Below, one piece after another: positions 37,044 through 51,062 of a stretch of DNA of 64,000 nucleotides (position 1 is its first letter; each line of letters opens with the position of its first letter). The stretch lies in NCBI GenBank assembly GCA_963798815.1, contig CAWCUW010000002.1, positions 378,311 through 442,310 on the forward strand, in the 5' to 3' direction. Below the pieces are notes generated by a model that was not told the origin of the DNA, searched no databases, and saw nothing but the letters and a program-made list of their open reading frames with translations. Source of the DNA: an uncultured Alphaproteobacteria bacterium (lineage in GTDB: Bacteria > Pseudomonadota > Alphaproteobacteria > Rhizobiales > Methyloligellaceae). A program made the translations under genes and the position numbers.

Positions 37044-38099
37044 TCAGACTTTATCATGGCTGAGCTTAATGAGCGCTTCGAGCACGGCCCTGGCCTTGCC
37101 GCTGTCGATCGACTGGGCGGCGAGCGCCACCCCTTCGCGCAGCGTCTTCGCCTTGCCCGCCACAAGCAATGCCGCCGCAGCGTTCAACAGCACCACATTG
37201 CGGAACGCGCCCTGCTGTCCGCCCAGCACGGCGCGGATATGCGCGGCGTTCTCGGTCGCGTCGCCGCCGGCGAGATCCTCCGGCTTGGCATCAGGCAACC
37301 CCGCGTTCTTTGGCGAGATCCTGAAGGTCGAGATATTGCCGCCGTCCAACGCCGCCACATGACTGATGCCGGCGGTGGTAAGCTCGTCCAGTCCGTCAGA
37401 GCCGTGCACCACCCAGGCCCTCACGGCACCGAGCCGCCCGAGCACCCGCGCGATCGGCTCGACCCATTCCTCGCCGAACACGCCGACCACCTGATATTTC
37501 GTGCCGGCAGGGTTGGCGAGCGGTCCGAGCAAATTGAAGATGGTACGCGTGCCGAGCTCGCCCCTGACCTTGGCGACATGGCGCATGCTGGCGTGGTGCG
37601 ACGGCGCAAACATAAAGCCAATGCCGGTTGCCTCGATACAATGGGCGATCGCCTCGGGCGTGCACTCGATATTGACCCCCAGCGCGGCGAGCACGTCGGC
37701 CGAGCCGGAGCGCGAGGAGATCGACCGATTGCCGTGTTTGGCAACGGGGACGCCGGCGCCGGCGACAACGAACGCGGCGCAGGTCGAGATGTTATGCGTG
37801 CCTTTGGCGTCGCCGCCCGTGCCGCAGGTATCGATGGCCCCTTCCGGCGCATGCACCGTGACGGCGCGCGCGCGGATGGCGCGGGCCGCGCCGGTAATCT
37901 CGTCCACCGTCTCGCCGCGAGCGCGCATGCCCATCAGCAACGCGCCGATCTGCGCGTCGCTGGCGCCGCCCGACATGATCGTGTCGAAGGCCTCGGCCGC
38001 CTCGGTCTCGGTGAGGGTCTTGCCCGCAGCCACCTTGCGTAGGGGAGCTCGGAGATCGGCTGGCGTCGCTGATCCCGCGGGAGCGGGGTTAGAGGGCAC
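37044..38099 (-). CDS. trpD: anthranilate phosphoribosyltransferase
   Basis: [30 protein letters not shown]-like and [10 protein letters not shown] motifs are present. The start is taken as the GTG at 38099, overlapping the trpG 3' end by 11 nt; the upstream ORF extension is read-through. Confidence 0.88.
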   Translation of the reverse strand: MPSNPAPAGSATPADLRAPLRKVAAGKTLTETEAAEAFDTIMSGGASDAQIGALLMGMRARGETVDEITGAARAIRARAVTVHAPEGAIDTCGTGGDAKGTHNISTCAAFVVAGAGVPVAKHGNRSISSRSGSADVLAALGVNIECTPEAIAHCIEATGIGFMFAPSHHASMRHVAKVRGELGTRTIFNLLGPLANPAGTKYQVVGVFGEEWVEPIARVLGRLGAVRAWVVHGSDGLDELTTAGISHVAALDGGNISTFRISPKNAGLPDAKPEDLAGGDATENAAHIRAVLGGQQGAFRNVVLLNAAAALLVAGKAKTLREGVALAAQSIDSGKARAVLEALIKLSHDKV

Positions 38100-38709
38100 C
38101 GGCTGCTTCTCTTTGCGTACCGCCGCGCGCGCGCCGCTCGACGCGGGCAAGGTCGAGAAAATTGGCAAGCAGCTGATGGCCGTGCTCCGAAGCGATGCTC
38201 TCGGGATGGAACTGCACGCCATGCACCGGAAAGCGCTTGTGTTGTAATCCCATGATCACGCCGTCGGCTGTCTCGGCGGTAATCTCCAGCACCTCGGGCA
38301 GGCTCGCCCGCTCGACCACCAGCGAATGATAGCGTGTGGCCGAGAAATCCTGCGGCAGGCCGGCGAACAGGCCCTTGCCGGTGTGATGCACCTTCGAAAG
38401 CTTGCCATGCATCAGGCTCGGCGCGCGCACCACGCGGCCGCCATAGACCTGCCCGATGGCTTGGTGGCCGAGGCACACACCGAGGATCGGCACGGTCGGC
38501 CCGGCACGCTCGATCAACTCGAGACAGATGCCGGCACGGTCGGGATCGCAAGGCCCAGGCGACAGCACGATGGCCTCGGGCGCCTCGGCCAGCACCGCAT
38601 CGACGGTGACCTTGTCGTTACGATAGACGCGCGTCGAGGCGCCCAATTCGCCGAGGAAATGGACGAGGTTATAGGTAAAGCTGTCGTAATTATCGATCAG
38701 CGTCAGCAT
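38089..38709 (-). CDS. trpG: anthranilate synthase component II (glutamine amidotransferase)
   Basis: [26 protein letters not shown] and GVQFHPESI (class I GATase triad) are present. Confidence 0.9.
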   Translation of the reverse strand: MLTLIDNYDSFTYNLVHFLGELGASTRVYRNDKVTVDAVLAEAPEAIVLSPGPCDPDRAGICLELIERAGPTVPILGVCLGHQAIGQVYGGRVVRAPSLMHGKLSKVHHTGKGLFAGLPQDFSATRYHSLVVERASLPEVLEITAETADGVIMGLQHKRFPVHGVQFHPESIASEHGHQLLANFLDLARVERRARGGTQREAAGAL

Positions 38710-38767
38710 GGCGTGGTGTTACGCTTGCAGCGCAGCCTCCGTCAAGGATTTGCAGGCCGCCGAAAGC

Positions 38768-39286
38768 CTACGCGCGCAGGTCCCTGGGCGAGAGGAACAG
38801 GTTCAGCGTCCCGCTATTCACCGCGACGCTCGTCCACAAGCCGGCCGCGAAATTGATCACGGCAAGACCGGCCGTGGGATATTTGGTGCTGAGACGATCG
38901 CGGAAATGCTTCGCCCCGGAGCCCACCAGATCGAGCGCGAAGGCTTGGATCTCGGGGTTATGCCCGACCAGCATGATGCGGTTGGCGCCGGGCTGAACGG
39001 CATGCAGCATCTCCAGCATCGCCTCCGGGCTGGCGTGATAGAGCGCATCCTCGTAAACCACCTTCGGCTCGACGCGAAGCTCGGGCAGCACGAGAGCCAG
39101 AGTGTCGCGCGTGCGCCGCGCCGAGGAGCACAGCACGAGCTCCGGGTCGATGCCGCGCTCGGCCATGGCCTTGCCCATCAGCGGCGCGTCGGTCACGCCG
39201 CGCGTCGCCAGCGGCCGGTCGCGGTCGGGCAGCGTGGGATTGCTCCAGCTCGATTTGGCGTGGCGGAGGAGGGAGAGCGTAAGCAT
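38768..39286 (-). CDS. histidine phosphatase family protein (SixA-like)
   Basis: LLRHAKS...RPL..RG and LVGHNP are motifs of the phosphoglycerate-mutase-like/SixA fold, in a 172-aa protein. Confidence 0.7.
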   Translation of the reverse strand: MLTLSLLRHAKSSWSNPTLPDRDRPLATRGVTDAPLMGKAMAERGIDPELVLCSSARRTRDTLALVLPELRVEPKVVYEDALYHASPEAMLEMLHAVQPGANRIMLVGHNPEIQAFALDLVGSGAKHFRDRLSTKYPTAGLAVINFAAGLWTSVAVNSGTLNLFLSPRDLRA

Positions 39287-39299
39287 CCGACGCGGCCGC

Positions 39300-40861
<1,562 letters not shown>

Positions 40862-40865
<4 letters not shown>

Positions 40866-42760
40866 GGCGTCTCGTCGCTGCCAATCAGCTTGGCCAGAGC
40901 CGGCTGGTTGATCTTCACCCCGTAGCGCTGTTCCAGCGCGGTGAAATATTCCGCGATTGCGTCCTCGCTGATCAACAGCTCAAGCTGCTGCTTCAGCCGT
41001 TCGGTTGAGGCCGCGTCGAGCGGCGCGGGCGGCGTCACCTTGTCGACCTGAAAGACGATGCGGCCCGCTCCCTCGCCAGACGCGGCCGAGCCGAATCCCT
41101 TCTCGGGCAGGGTAAACGCCTGCGCTACGGCAGCCGGCAACACGTACACGGTGATCCCATCGCGTTTCACGGGATCGCTGGTCAGCACCTCCACATTGAG
41201 ATCCTTGGCGATATCTTCCAGCGTCTTGCCGTTGTTCAGGCTGGTGACCAGGTCTTGCGCATATTTGGCGACCTTGGTCCTCGCCTCGTCGTCATGCCAA
41301 TCTTGGGTGACCGTGTCTTTGACTTTATCCAGCGGCTTGACCTGAGAGGGCACGACGCCCAGCACCTCGTACCAGATGACGCCGTCGTCCTTGGCATCGA
41401 TCGGATCGTTCTCCACTCCGGTGTCGGTGGCGAACACGGCGTTCAGCAAATCCTTCTGCGCGGGAAGTGTGACGCTCGAGCCATCTGGTTTGCGGCCCTC
41501 CCGGTCGACCTGGTCGATGAGCTGATAATCGAGCTTCAGCTTGTCGGCGACCTCCGACAGCCGGGACCCTGAGGCAAGTTGATCCTCGATCTTGTCGTGC
41601 AAATCGAAGATGGCGCCCGCGGCGCGTTCCTTGAGCAGCTTTTTCTCAAGGTCAGGCTTGGCCTCTTCAAATGTGAGCATCTTACCCGGCTCGATCCCCG
41701 TGACCCGCAGCAGGACCACGTTGCCCAGCTTGCCGGAAACGGGCTCGCTCACCGTGTTCACGTCGAGTTTGAAGGCGGCGTCGGCGATCGCGGGATCGGC
41801 GAGATCGGCGCGCGCGACGGTGCCGAGGTCGATATCGCTTTCGGCCAGGTTCATCTCCTTGGCAAGCGCCACGAAATCGGTGCCGGACTGGATCTTCTGA
41901 TAGGCGGCGTTGGCGGCGGCGAGATGCGGGAAGGGGATCTGCTGGACGTGCCGCTTCTCCGGGTTGCCGAGCTTGTCTTTGTTGGCTTCATAGGCAGCCT
42001 GCAGATCGGCCTCGGTGATCTTGACCTGGTCTTTCACCGTCTCCGGCGTGACCGCGAGCACGCCGACCTTGCGGTACTCGGGCTCGGTGTATTTCGTCTG
42101 ATGGTTTTCGTAAAAGCGCTTGAGTTCCTCGTCGGTCGGATCGGGGATCGTTCCCGCCACGCTGTCCGGCACCAGCACGAAGCGCAGCGTGCGGGTCTCG
42201 CCGTTAAAGCTGTTCAGCGCTTCGATCAGAATCTCGGGACTGTTCACCACCTTGCCGACGGTGGTGAGAATCTGGCGCCGCAGGCTGCGCTCGCGCAGCG
42301 AGTTCAGATAGCCCGCCTCGTTCATGTTGATGGACTGCAGCCCCTGCGCAAATAGGCCTGGGCTGAAATTACCCGTCGGGTCCTTGAAGGCGGGATCGTT
42401 TTTGATCTGGTCGAGCAGCGCGTCGTTACTGATACCGAGATGGAGCGCCTTCGCGTGATTGTCGACGGCGGCGCCGCCGATCAGCCGCTCCAGCACCTGC
42501 CGATCGAGCCCGAGCGCGCGCGCTTCCTGCAGGCTGAGACTGCGGCCGGCCTGCGAGCTCATCGAACGCAGCACTTCTTGTTGCGTGCGCAGATAGTCCT
42601 GCGGCGTGATCTCGGTGTCGCCGACGCTGATCAGGGTCTGCCTGCCGTAACCCCTGAAAATGTCGGCGATTCCCCATATCGCAAAGCTGATCACCAGCAT
42701 GCCCATGAGGATCATGCCAAACGCACGACCAGCCCCTTTGCGCAAAGTGTCGAGTGCCAC
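40862..42760 (-). CDS. ppiD: periplasmic chaperone / peptidyl-prolyl isomerase, PpiD-like
   Basis: A 632-aa protein with an N-terminal membrane anchor (FGMILMGMLVISFAIWG), a SurA-N-like domain and a parvulin-like central segment. Its stop overlaps the trpE start. Confidence 0.78.
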
Positions 42761-42921
42761 GCCTTAACCTTCCATTCCTGTTTGCCAAAGCCGCGCTAGC
42801 GTCCGATGCTGGACGGGCCTAGCGCGGCGGCGGCATCATAGGTAGCAAGCCGAGGCGCGGCAAGGCACGGTATTGGGCCAAATCTTAAGGCTGTCCGTGG
42901 CGATCGAAGGGGGGCGCGAGC

Positions 42922-43689
42922 TTGAACAGGCCGCTGATTGCAGGCAATTGGAAGATGAACGGCCTCGCCGCCTCTTTGGCCGAGCTCAAGGCGCTGAAAG
43001 AGCGTCTTGCGCAAAATCCGGTGCCCGAGGTCGACGTCATGGTGTGCCCGCCGGCAACGCTGCTGGCCCAGGCGCGCTACGCGCTGACCGGCAGTCCGAT
43101 CCTGCTCGGCGCGCAAGATTGCCATCCTCTCGCTTCCGGCGCCCACACCGGCGACCTCTCGGCGCAGATGCTTGCCGACGCCGGCGCCTCAGCCATCATC
43201 GTCGGCCATTCCGAGCGCCGCACCGACCACGGCGAGGGCGATGAACTCGTCAGCGCCAAGGCCCGTGCCGCCTACCGCGCCGGTGTCACCGCCATCATCT
43301 GTGTTGGCGAGACTGCAGAAGAGCGGCAGGACGGCGACACGTTGGAGGTGGTGCGACGCCAACTGCAAGGATCGCTGCCAAATGAGGCACGCGCCGCCAA
43401 CACCGTGATCGCTTACGAGCCGGTCTGGGCGATCGGCTCCGGCGTGACGCCAACACCCGCCGACGTGGCTGAGTTGCACGGATTCATTCGCGGCGAGCTC
43501 GGCCGCTTGCTGGGGGAAGCGGAAGCGAGCGGCGTGCGCATCCTCTATGGCGGCTCGGTCAAGCCGGCCAATGCCAGCGAGCTTCTGTTAGTGCCTGAGG
43601 TGAATGGAGCGCTGGTGGGTGGTGCGAGTTTGAAAGCCGCCGATTTCTATGCGATTGTGTCGGCCTATGCCGGAAGGGGCGGCGGCTGA
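42922..43689 (+). CDS. tpiA: triose-phosphate isomerase
   Basis: [28 protein letters not shown] and YGGSVKP motifs are present. The start is an apparent TTG. Confidence 0.92.
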   Translation: MNRPLIAGNWKMNGLAASLAELKALKERLAQNPVPEVDVMVCPPATLLAQARYALTGSPILLGAQDCHPLASGAHTGDLSAQMLADAGASAIIVGHSERRTDHGEGDELVSAKARAAYRAGVTAIICVGETAEERQDGDTLEVVRRQLQGSLPNEARAANTVIAYEPVWAIGSGVTPTPADVAELHGFIRGELGRLLGEAEASGVRILYGGSVKPANASELLLVPEVNGALVGGASLKAADFYAIVSAYAGRGGG

Positions 43690-43796
43690 GATTGGGAATG
43701 CCGCCGTCGAGCAGGGTTGGCAAAGAGCGCAATCTTCGCCATTCTGAGGGGGACTCGATTTGCGGCAGGGGGAACGGCTTTCCCACGGGGGACGTC

Positions 43797-44240
43797 ATGG
43801 TGCCGTTGCTGCGCGTCATTGCCATAGCGCTTGTCGCGTCGAGCGCTGCGTTGCCGTTTACCGCGCGCGCCCTCGGCGAGCCGCTGGATAAGGACGCTTG
43901 CGCCAATCTCCAGCTTGAACAGAAGAAACTTCTCACCCCCGCGATGCAGGTGGCGCTTGAGCGCGGCCCCGACTGGGTCAAAGACCATCTGAACGACCAG
44001 GAGATCGAGCGCGTCAGGAGTTTCCTGGAAGTCGAGGAAATGATCAAATTCCGCTGCCGCACTGGCGTGCCCAAGCCCACGCCGCCAGCACCACCGCCAG
44101 CTCCGGTGAGCGCCGAAGGCGTGCCCGTGCCCGACCGCAACCCCAATCGCCCGGCTACAGCCATCGTTGACGCCAAGCCTAGCCAAACCGTAGCGGATTC
44201 GGATAAGACAGCGCCTTCGAAAGCGAAGGCTACCCCATGA
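43797..44240 (+). CDS. hypothetical secreted protein with a Pro-rich C-terminus
   Basis: The ATG at 43797 gives a signal-peptide-like MVPLLRVIAIALVASSAALPFTARA. The gene sits between tpiA and secG. I recognised no domain. Confidence 0.5.
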   Translation: MVPLLRVIAIALVASSAALPFTARALGEPLDKDACANLQLEQKKLLTPAMQVALERGPDWVKDHLNDQEIERVRSFLEVEEMIKFRCRTGVPKPTPPAPPPAPVSAEGVPVPDRNPNRPATAIVDAKPSQTVADSDKTAPSKAKATP

Positions 44241-44611
44241 GCACAGTTCTTCTTCTGATTCACGTGATGGTCGCGGTGGCTCTGATTGGCGTCATTCTGT
44301 TGCAGCGCTCCGAGGGCGGGGCGCTTGGCATCGGCGGCGGCGGTGGCGGCTTCATGACCGGCCGCAGTGCCGGCAATGCGTTGACCAAGACCACGGCGAT
44401 CCTGGCCGCTTGCTTCTTCGCGACCAGCCTCTTCTTGTCGATTTTGGCGAGCCAGCATCGCACCGGGCCCTCGATCCTGAACCCGACCGGTCAACCCGGC
44501 GGCGGAGGACTGGCGCCGCTCGAGGTCCCAGCCGGTCCGGCTCCCACGAGTCCGGCGGCGCCTTCAGCGCCGGTGGCCCCTGCCGCTCCGCAGGCCCCGC
44601 AATCGCAATAG
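44237..44611 (+). CDS. secG: preprotein translocase subunit SecG
   Basis: MSTVLLLIHVMVAVALIGVILLQRSEGGALG is the canonical SecG N-terminus. A second TM segment and a Pro/Ala-rich tail follow. Confidence 0.88.
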   Translation: MSTVLLLIHVMVAVALIGVILLQRSEGGALGIGGGGGGFMTGRSAGNALTKTTAILAACFFATSLFLSILASQHRTGPSILNPTGQPGGGGLAPLEVPAGPAPTSPAAPSAPVAPAAPQAPQSQ

Positions 44612-44654
44612 CATCATCGCGCGCAGGCGCTGGTTAATCCGCCGGCGTGGGTAA

Positions 44655-46332
<1,678 letters not shown>

Positions 46333-46403
46333 CGACCTTCCCCCTTTGGGCCGGACATCGAGACTGGTATTGTCTGTCCCCCACAACTCAAAGGGGAACT
46401 TCC

Positions 46404-47396
46404 ATGTCGGATCCGCTGCCCCCGTTCGACGGTGCCGATCCGCCTGCGTCCATCAAGGCTGAGATGCTCGCTCTACGCAGCGCACTTGACGGCCAGATCC
46501 CACCGAAGCGCGATGGCGTCAGCAATCTGCTGATCGCGACCTGGAACCTCAAAGCGTTCAGCTCGCTCACTGAGGCCTGGACGGCAGGCTCACACCAATC
46601 CCCAAAGCGCGACTGGCGGGCCCTGTGGGCGATCACCGAGATTGCCTCGCGCTTTGATGTCATCGCCATACAAGAGGTAAAAGGGGATCTCAAGGCCCTG
46701 CGTACCATGCTCAAGACACTTGGCCCCGATTGGCAATTTCTCATGACGGATGTGACGCGGGGCGCGGCGGGCAATTTGGAAAGACTTGCTTTCTTATTCG
46801 ACGGGCGGCGGATCAAATTGTCGGGTCTGGCCTGCGAATTGGTGGTTCCAGAGGAGCGGCTGCAGACCATTGCCCCCGATGCGTTGAAGCGGCAGTTCGC
46901 ACGCACACCCTATGCCGTCGGGTTTCGTAGCGGCAATGTGACCTTCGTCCTCGTGACCTTGCACGTGCTCTATGGAGAACGGGCCGAGGAGCGCGCACCC
47001 GAGTTGAAGGCGATTGCGGAGTGGATGGCAGATTGGGCCAAGGAAGCCACCGAGTGGGAACAAAACCTGTTGGTCTTGGGCGACTTCAACATTGACCGAT
47101 TTGGGTCTCCGCTCTGGGAATCGCTCATCGTCACAGGCCTTACCGTGCCTGAAGTTTTGGACCAGGTGCCACGCTCCATCTTCTTCGACGAGGCCGACCG
47201 GCTCGACAAATACTAAGATCAGATCGCCTGGTTCGAGAAAGACAAACAGCGGCAACTCAACTTGACCTGCACGGGCGGCGGGAGCATTGATTTCGTCCGC
47301 CACCTGTACCGCGACATCGATCTGAGCCGGCAAAATATGCAGTATCGGGTGTCGGATCACTAGCCGCTCTGGGTGGAGTTCGTGCCCAGGCACTGA
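46404..47396 (+). pseudogene. DNase I-like endonuclease/exonuclease/phosphatase (EEP) family gene with two in-frame stop codons
   Basis: LLIATWNLKAF, VIAIQEV, LVLGDFN and then ..DKY[TAA]DQIAWF...RVSDH[TAG]PLWVEF are present. The stops lie at 47214 and 47361 in an otherwise open frame that ends at the TGA at 47394. Confidence 0.75.
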
Positions 47397-47444
47397 CCGC
47401 GAGTCCTTGTTGACGCTTGACCTTCGCGGTTCCATGGTCCGGCC

Positions 47445-48300
<856 letters not shown>

Positions 48301-48335
48301 CCATCATCGCATGATGGCTGCGGGCGGGGATTAGA

Positions 48336-48798
48336 TCAGCCGCGGCCGCGATACGGCTGAACGCCCTGCTCGGGAATCCACACGCCCTGCGGCGGCGTGC
48401 CGTGTTGCCAGAACACGTCGATCGGGATGCCGCCGCGCGGATACCAATAGCCGCCGATCCGGAGCCAGGCCGGGATCGACAAGCTCGACCATGCGCTTGC
48501 CGATGGCGATGGTCACGTCTTCGTGGAAGGCGCCGACATTGCGGTAGCTCGCGAGATAGAGCTTGAGCGACTTCGACTCCACCAGCCATTCGCGGGGCGC
48601 ATAATCGACGACCAAATGCGCAAAATCCGGCTGGCCGGTGACGGGGCAGAGGCAGGTGAATTCAGGACAGGTGAAGCGCGCGACATAGGCCGTATCGCGA
48701 TGCGGGTTCGGCACGCGCTCGAGCTCGGCTTCTGCCGGTGACTGAGGGAGCGGGGACTTGGCGCCGAGTTGCCTGAGGCCGGTGATCTTGCGCGCCAT
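48336..48798 (-). pseudogene. queF: NADPH-dependent 7-cyano-7-deazaguanine reductase (QueF type I), +1 frameshift near 48470
   Basis: MARKITGL...[25 protein letters not shown]...ESKSLKLYL...FHED is in one frame. [24 protein letters not shown]... is in the next. The corrected product is 153 aa. Confidence 0.85.
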
Positions 48799-48802
48799 CG
48801 CT

Positions 48803-49183
48803 CTACTCCGCCGCAAGCCGAGGGCGGGGCCCGCGATAGACGCAGCCTTCGTGGCAGGAATCGCGCGCCACCTCGATCTCCGCAAGCCCAGGCAGCCGGT
48901 TATGCAGACGGTCCCACAGCCAGATCGAGATGCGCTCCAGCGTCGGCACGGAAAGGCCCTCGACCTCGTTCAGGAAGCGATGGTCGAGCGCCTCGCGCGC
49001 ATCGGCGACCGCCGCCTCGACATCGTCGAGATGCATCACCACGCCGGTTGCCTCATCGGGCTCGCCGTCAACGGTGACGCGCACGCGGAAGGAATGTCCG
49101 TGCACCCGCGCATTCGGGTGCCCCGGCGGCGCCGAGGGCAGGAAATGGGCGGCCTCGAAACTGAATTCTTTATAGATGCGCAT
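48803..49183 (-). CDS. queD: 6-carboxytetrahydropterin synthase QueD
   Basis: [16 protein letters not shown]...HGHSFRV...DHRFLN motifs are present in a 126-aa protein. Confidence 0.88.
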   Translation of the reverse strand: MRIYKEFSFEAAHFLPSAPPGHPNARVHGHSFRVRVTVDGEPDEATGVVMHLDDVEAAVADAREALDHRFLNEVEGLSVPTLERISIWLWDRLHNRLPGLAEIEVARDSCHEGCVYRGPRPRLAAE

Positions 49184-49227
49184 GGCAGTCGTTTAGGGGA
49201 TTTTGCCAAACCCCACCAGGGCCGCGA

Positions 49228-49861
49228 TCACGGCAGCCCTAACAGCTTATGGGTCTGCAGGCTCAACCGCCATTTGGGATGGGCGAGGCAATAATCAATG
49301 GTCGCGCGGACATGGCCCGGCGAGCCGCCCTCATCCATCGGCTGTAGCAGGAAATGCGCGAAGTCGAGCGCCCTCGAGCGCCCGCGGGTCGAGCGCCGCT
49401 TGCGGGTAGACCAGCTTCAGCTCATCGCCCGAACGCTGCACCAGCGGCGCGCCGGCCTTGGGGCTCACGCAGATCCAATCGATCGAGCGCGGCACGGGCA
49501 GCGTGCCGTTGGTCTCGATGGCCACCTCGAAGCCCGTTCGGTGCAGCGCCTCGATCAGCGCCTCGTTCACTTGCAGCATCGGCTCGCCGCCGGTCAGCAC
49601 AACATAAGGCGGCGTGCCAGAATTGCCGCGCCAGATTTCGCGGCAAGCCCCGGCCAGGCTTTCCGGCGTGGCGAACTTGCCGCCGCCGGGACCATCGGTG
49701 CCGACGAAATCGGTATCGCAGAACTTGCAGCTGGCGTCCGCGCGATCATGCTCGCGGCCGGACCAGAGATTGCAGCCGGCGAAGCGGCAGAACACGGCCG
49801 GGCGCCCGGTCTGCGCGCCTTCGCCTTGCAGCGTGTAGTAAATTTCCTTGACCGCGTACAT
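49228..49861 (-). pseudogene. queE: 7-carboxy-7-deazaguanine synthase QueE (radical SAM), +1 frameshift near 49365-49375
   Basis: EIYYTLQGEGAQTGRPAVFCRFAGCNLWSG is the radical-SAM cluster region. After LKLVYPQ..ALEG the frame shifts to DFAHFLLQPMDEGG...CLAHPKWRLSLQTHKLLGLP*. The corrected product is 210 aa. Confidence 0.85.
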
Positions 49862-50297
49862 GCCCAGAACTTGGCGCTTCGTGGTTTCAGACGCAAGGCG
49901 CAGGATATCCTTACCGCGACGCGATCGCGTCCGGGGTGTGAGGGGGATGGCGCGCCGAGAAGCGCAAAATCCTTTTGGCTCGTGCCTTGCGGCACGCGGA
50001 CGCCTCGCGGCGCGCCAATCGCGGACGTCTTTTCGGCAGCGGGCCTCGCTTTAGTCCGGCCTGTCGCGCAGCGAATGCGCCGGCCGAGCCTTCAGCCAGC
50101 TCCTGGCGGGGACTCCTAGTGGTCCCGGGAGGAGCTCCGCTGCCGCCCGAGTGCCTTGTTGCGACAAGGCCCGCGGGCGCCGCACCTCATCCCGCTGATC
50201 GCAACGCCTCATGATCGCGCCCCTCAGTGGACGAGGTGGGTCAATTGTAAGCGAGGTTTGGGGGGCGGGGATTATGCGGGCACAACTCACCCAGTCT

Positions 50298-50379
50298 CGT
50301 CATCCCGGCGCAAGCCGGGATCCGCGGGCAACCGGGACGGAGCCAGCGACCCTGGATACCGGCTTGCGCCGGGATGACG
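50298..50379. repeat. REP-like palindromic element: 21-bp perfect inverted repeat whose arms are themselves hairpins
   Basis: cgtcatCCCGGCgcaaGCCGGg at 50298-50318 is the reverse complement of 50359-50379. The arms translate as the ..VIPAQAGI.. string seen in spurious ORFs across repeat elements. Confidence 0.7.
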
Positions 50380-50439
50380 GAGCTCGTTGAAACCTCTCGG
50401 ACTAGCCTATCCGCTCGACGGAGCGGGGGGCAGTCATCC

Positions 50440-51006
50440 TCAAGGGAGCACTTTCTCGGGAGGGTTGGTTCCAGGAGGATTGATCGACCGAATGAAGGCG
50501 ATGATCTTCCAAAGCTGATCCGCGCTCTTGATGGTCGCACCCATCGGCGGCATCGGTGCATGCACGGTTCCGTAGCTCAAGCGCTTGTAGCCCTGCTTTT
50601 CCAGATCCACCGAGCCCAGCGTGACGAGCCGGAACAGCACGTCGTCGGTGTTGCCCCAGAACCAGACGCCTTGAGTCAGGGCGGGGCAGATGCCGCCACC
50701 GCCGCCGCCGCCGTGACATTCGTTGCAGCCCGGCAGCCGGAACTGTTTGACGAGATCCGGATCGTCCTTCGCCAGCTTGGCGTAATCGGGGTAGGGGCTG
50801 TGCAGCCCTCCCTTGGGCACCTGCTTCACCAACTCAAGCGGTGGGGTCCCATCCCCGGCCTTGCAACATGTCTCCTCGGCTGCCTGCGCCCTCCAGGGAA
50901 TGCCGCTGACGCCCACCAGGCTCACGCCGCAAAGTCCGATCGCGATCGCCAACGATCCGATCGCGATCTTCACGACGTTACGCTTTCGCATTGGCGTCAT
51001 CGGCAT
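50440..51006 (-). CDS. periplasmic c-type cytochrome (single CxxCH followed by a Gly7 tract)
   Basis: It has a signal peptide (VKIAIGSLAIAIGLCGVSLVG) and the CNECH haem-binding motif followed by GGGGGGGICPAL. MPPMG provides a likely Met ligand region. The protein is 188 aa. Confidence 0.75.
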   Translation of the reverse strand: MPMTPMRKRNVVKIAIGSLAIAIGLCGVSLVGVSGIPWRAQAAEETCCKAGDGTPPLELVKQVPKGGLHSPYPDYAKLAKDDPDLVKQFRLPGCNECHGGGGGGGICPALTQGVWFWGNTDDVLFRLVTLGSVDLEKQGYKRLSYGTVHAPMPPMGATIKSADQLWKIIAFIRSINPPGTNPPEKVLP

Positions 51007-51062
51007 TCACCCTTCGGCCGACACTCACCGAGAACAATAGGCGCTCGGCTGCTGCTGCGCGG

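Noticed and set aside
49862-49960. A possible preQ1 riboswitch upstream of queE.
   Set aside because: I could not find the compact hairpin plus A-rich tail architecture of preQ1 aptamers in the minus-strand leader; only an imperfect GC hairpin is present. A covariance-model scan would be needed for a firm negative.
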